Assembly: GCA_023383035.1 (NCBI GenBank)
Contig: JAHDYE010000002.1
Coordinates: forward strand, 1-57,643
DNA: 57,643 nt
Direction: 5' to 3'
Source: Burkholderiaceae bacterium
GTDB taxonomy: Bacteria; Pseudomonadota; Gammaproteobacteria; Burkholderiales; Burkholderiaceae_E
Part shown: positions 56,182 to 57,643 of the stretch, piece after piece
How the letters are laid out: the number at the start of each line of letters is the position of its first letter
Position numbering within the stretch: the first letter of the stretch is position 1
Program-made: the position numbers and the translations under genes
The notes under the pieces: model-generated
What the model saw: the letters and a program-made list of their open reading frames with translations, nothing else
Told to the model about the DNA's origin: nothing
Database searches by the model: none

Positions 56182-57249
56182 TCAGCGCTTCATGAACTGG
56201 TCGCGCAACTCGCGCACCCGGGCGAGATACTTCTCGGCCGGCAGGCCCTTGGCGCTCATCTCCTTGATCCACTCGGCCTGCATCGGGGCCAGCTTGGCGT
56301 CCCAGGATGCGCGCTCCTGCGGCGACAGCGGGACGATCTGCAGCTTGTGTTCGCGCTTGGCCCATTCGAGCGCGCCGCCGACGTTCTGCTTGTCGTGGTA
56401 CTGGCCGGTCCAGACTGCCATTTCGGGGCCGAGGTCCTCGATCACCTTCTTCACGTCGGCGGGCAGCGCATCGAAGCGCTTGCGGTCCATCACCGCGGCG
56501 AAGGTCACCACCACGGTCGGGTAGTCGGTCACGTACTTCAGCGTTTCGGCCAGCTTGAAATCCTGCAGCACTTCGCGCGAGGTCATGGTGCCGTCGATCA
56601 CGCCGGTCTGCACCGACTGCGGTACCTCGGGCATCGGCATGCCGACCGGCGCCGCGCCCAGCGCCTTGAGCACCGGCACGCCGGTGCCGGCGGCGCGCAG
56701 CTTCATGCCGGCCAGCTCGGCCGCGCTGCTGGCCGGCTTGCGCGACTGGATGTAGCCGGGTTCGGTGGTGAACATCGCGATCACCTTGAAGTTCTCGAAC
56801 TCCTTCGGCTGGAACTCGCGCGTGATCTCCCACAGCACGCGGCTGGCCACCGTGGCGTCGGGAAAACCCACCGGCAGCGAGATGCCCGACGTGAGCGGAA
56901 AGCGCCCCGGGTCGTACGACGGTGCGCCCAGGCCGATGTCGGCCACGCCCTTGCTGACCCCGTCGTACATCTCGCGTGCGCCCAGCAGCGTGCCGGCCGG
57001 GAAGGTCTTCACCGCCACCTTGCCGTTGGTGCGCTTGCTGACTTCTTCGGCCCAGTGGGCCATCTGCCTGCCGGGGAAGGTGCCGGCCGGCGCGAAGAAC
57101 GCATAGGTGAGGTTGATCTCGGCCGCTCTCGCGAGCGGCGGGGCGGCCAGCGCGGCGGCGCCGGCCAACAGCGACGCGATCGCGCCCGTACACGCGAAGC
57201 GAGACGCAAAGCGGGACGCGAACATCGAGAGCGACTTCAAGCGGTTCAT
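56182..57249 (-). CDS. dctP: TRAP transporter substrate-binding protein
   Basis: Signal peptide, PGRFPL, GMKLR, QTGVIDG. Confidence 0.9.
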   Translation of the reverse strand: MNRLKSLSMFASRFASRFACTGAIASLLAGAAALAAPPLARAAEINLTYAFFAPAGTFPGRQMAHWAEEVSKRTNGKVAVKTFPAGTLLGAREMYDGVSKGVADIGLGAPSYDPGRFPLTSGISLPVGFPDATVASRVLWEITREFQPKEFENFKVIAMFTTEPGYIQSRKPASSAAELAGMKLRAAGTGVPVLKALGAAPVGMPMPEVPQSVQTGVIDGTMTSREVLQDFKLAETLKYVTDYPTVVVTFAAVMDRKRFDALPADVKKVIEDLGPEMAVWTGQYHDKQNVGGALEWAKREHKLQIVPLSPQERASWDAKLAPMQAEWIKEMSAKGLPAEKYLARVRELRDQFMKR

Positions 57250-57258
57250 GGCTTCACC

Positions 57259-57642
57259 TCACTGTTGTCGGGTCGTGGCTGCGGGAATCACCAGGTCGAG
57301 GCCTTCGAGCGTGCCCGACCGTACGCGCGCGCGATCGTGGTTGGGCGTGTGCGGGAACGGGCGCGTCGCGTCGAAACCGACCTTGGCGCCCAGATAGTTC
57401 GGGAACGACGGATTGAGCCCGTGCCCGAACACGTTGTCGACGACCATGATTCCCTTCACCGGATCGAGCCGCGTGGCCATCGCCCACTCGATGTCGGCCG
57501 GATCCCGGATGTCGACATCGTCGTCGACGACGGTGACCATCTTCAGCGGCGGAAACGCCGCGAACGCCGCCATCAGCGCCTGCTTCGACCAGCCGGCGCG
57601 CTTCTGCGCGATCTGCACCACCGCGTGGTAGAAGCCGCAGCC
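57259..57642 (-). CDS. UbiD family prFMN-dependent (de)carboxylase, C-terminal part (5' end outside window)
   Basis: GCGFYHAVVQI...KMVTVVDDDVDIRD..DIEWAMATR...KVGFDAT. Confidence 0.85.
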   Translation of the reverse strand, partial: GCGFYHAVVQIAQKRAGWSKQALMAAFAAFPPLKMVTVVDDDVDIRDPADIEWAMATRLDPVKGIMVVDNVFGHGLNPSFPNYLGAKVGFDATRPFPHTPNHDRARVRSGTLEGLDLVIPAATTRQQ

Positions 57643-57643
57643 G

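Noticed and set aside
1-57643. CRISPR array, rRNA/tRNA, cobalamin riboswitch
   Set aside because: Intergenic gaps are short, and none showed repeat-spacer periodicity or recognisable RNA motifs; a covariance-model search would be needed to exclude small RNAs fully.

Overview
GC-rich bacterial DNA, probably betaproteobacterial (inferred from gene content), almost entirely coding. About 49 kb (3.1-52.3 kb) is one oxygenase-free, CoA-based catabolic cluster. A recurring palindrome (RTTATG-N3-CATAAT-like, 5 good copies plus 1 degenerate) and two paralogous CouR-like MarR repressors tie it together. The most unusual element is a complete coenzyme-B12 glutamate-mutase-type system (GlmS, GlmL, GlmE). 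Its E subunit keeps the carboxylate-binding arginines but has lost the amine-binding residues, lies 22 kb from the S subunit, and has no methylaspartate ammonia-lyase in the window. The cluster also holds five family III CoA-transferase genes (two BbsE/F-like pairs), two family I CoA-transferase systems, three crotonase-fold genes plus a FadB-like enzyme, MmgE/PrpD, hydantoinase/oxoprolinase A+B with a small Zn-ribbon partner, two tiny desulforedoxin-like ORFs missed by the ORF track, ADH/SDR/ALDHs, an aldolase remnant, and MFS, TRAP, ABC and DUF1302/DUF1329/YCF48/RND transport modules. Ferulate-pathway-like genes flank it: thiolase and acyl-CoA dehydrogenase on the left, feruloyl-CoA synthase on the right. 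Working hypothesis (inference only): an undescribed O2-independent route for bulky aryl-dicarboxylates, possibly lignan/hydroxycinnamate dimers, using B12 radical chemistry. No RNA genes, CRISPR arrays, integrases or transposases were seen. All assignments come from motif recognition by eye, not database searches.
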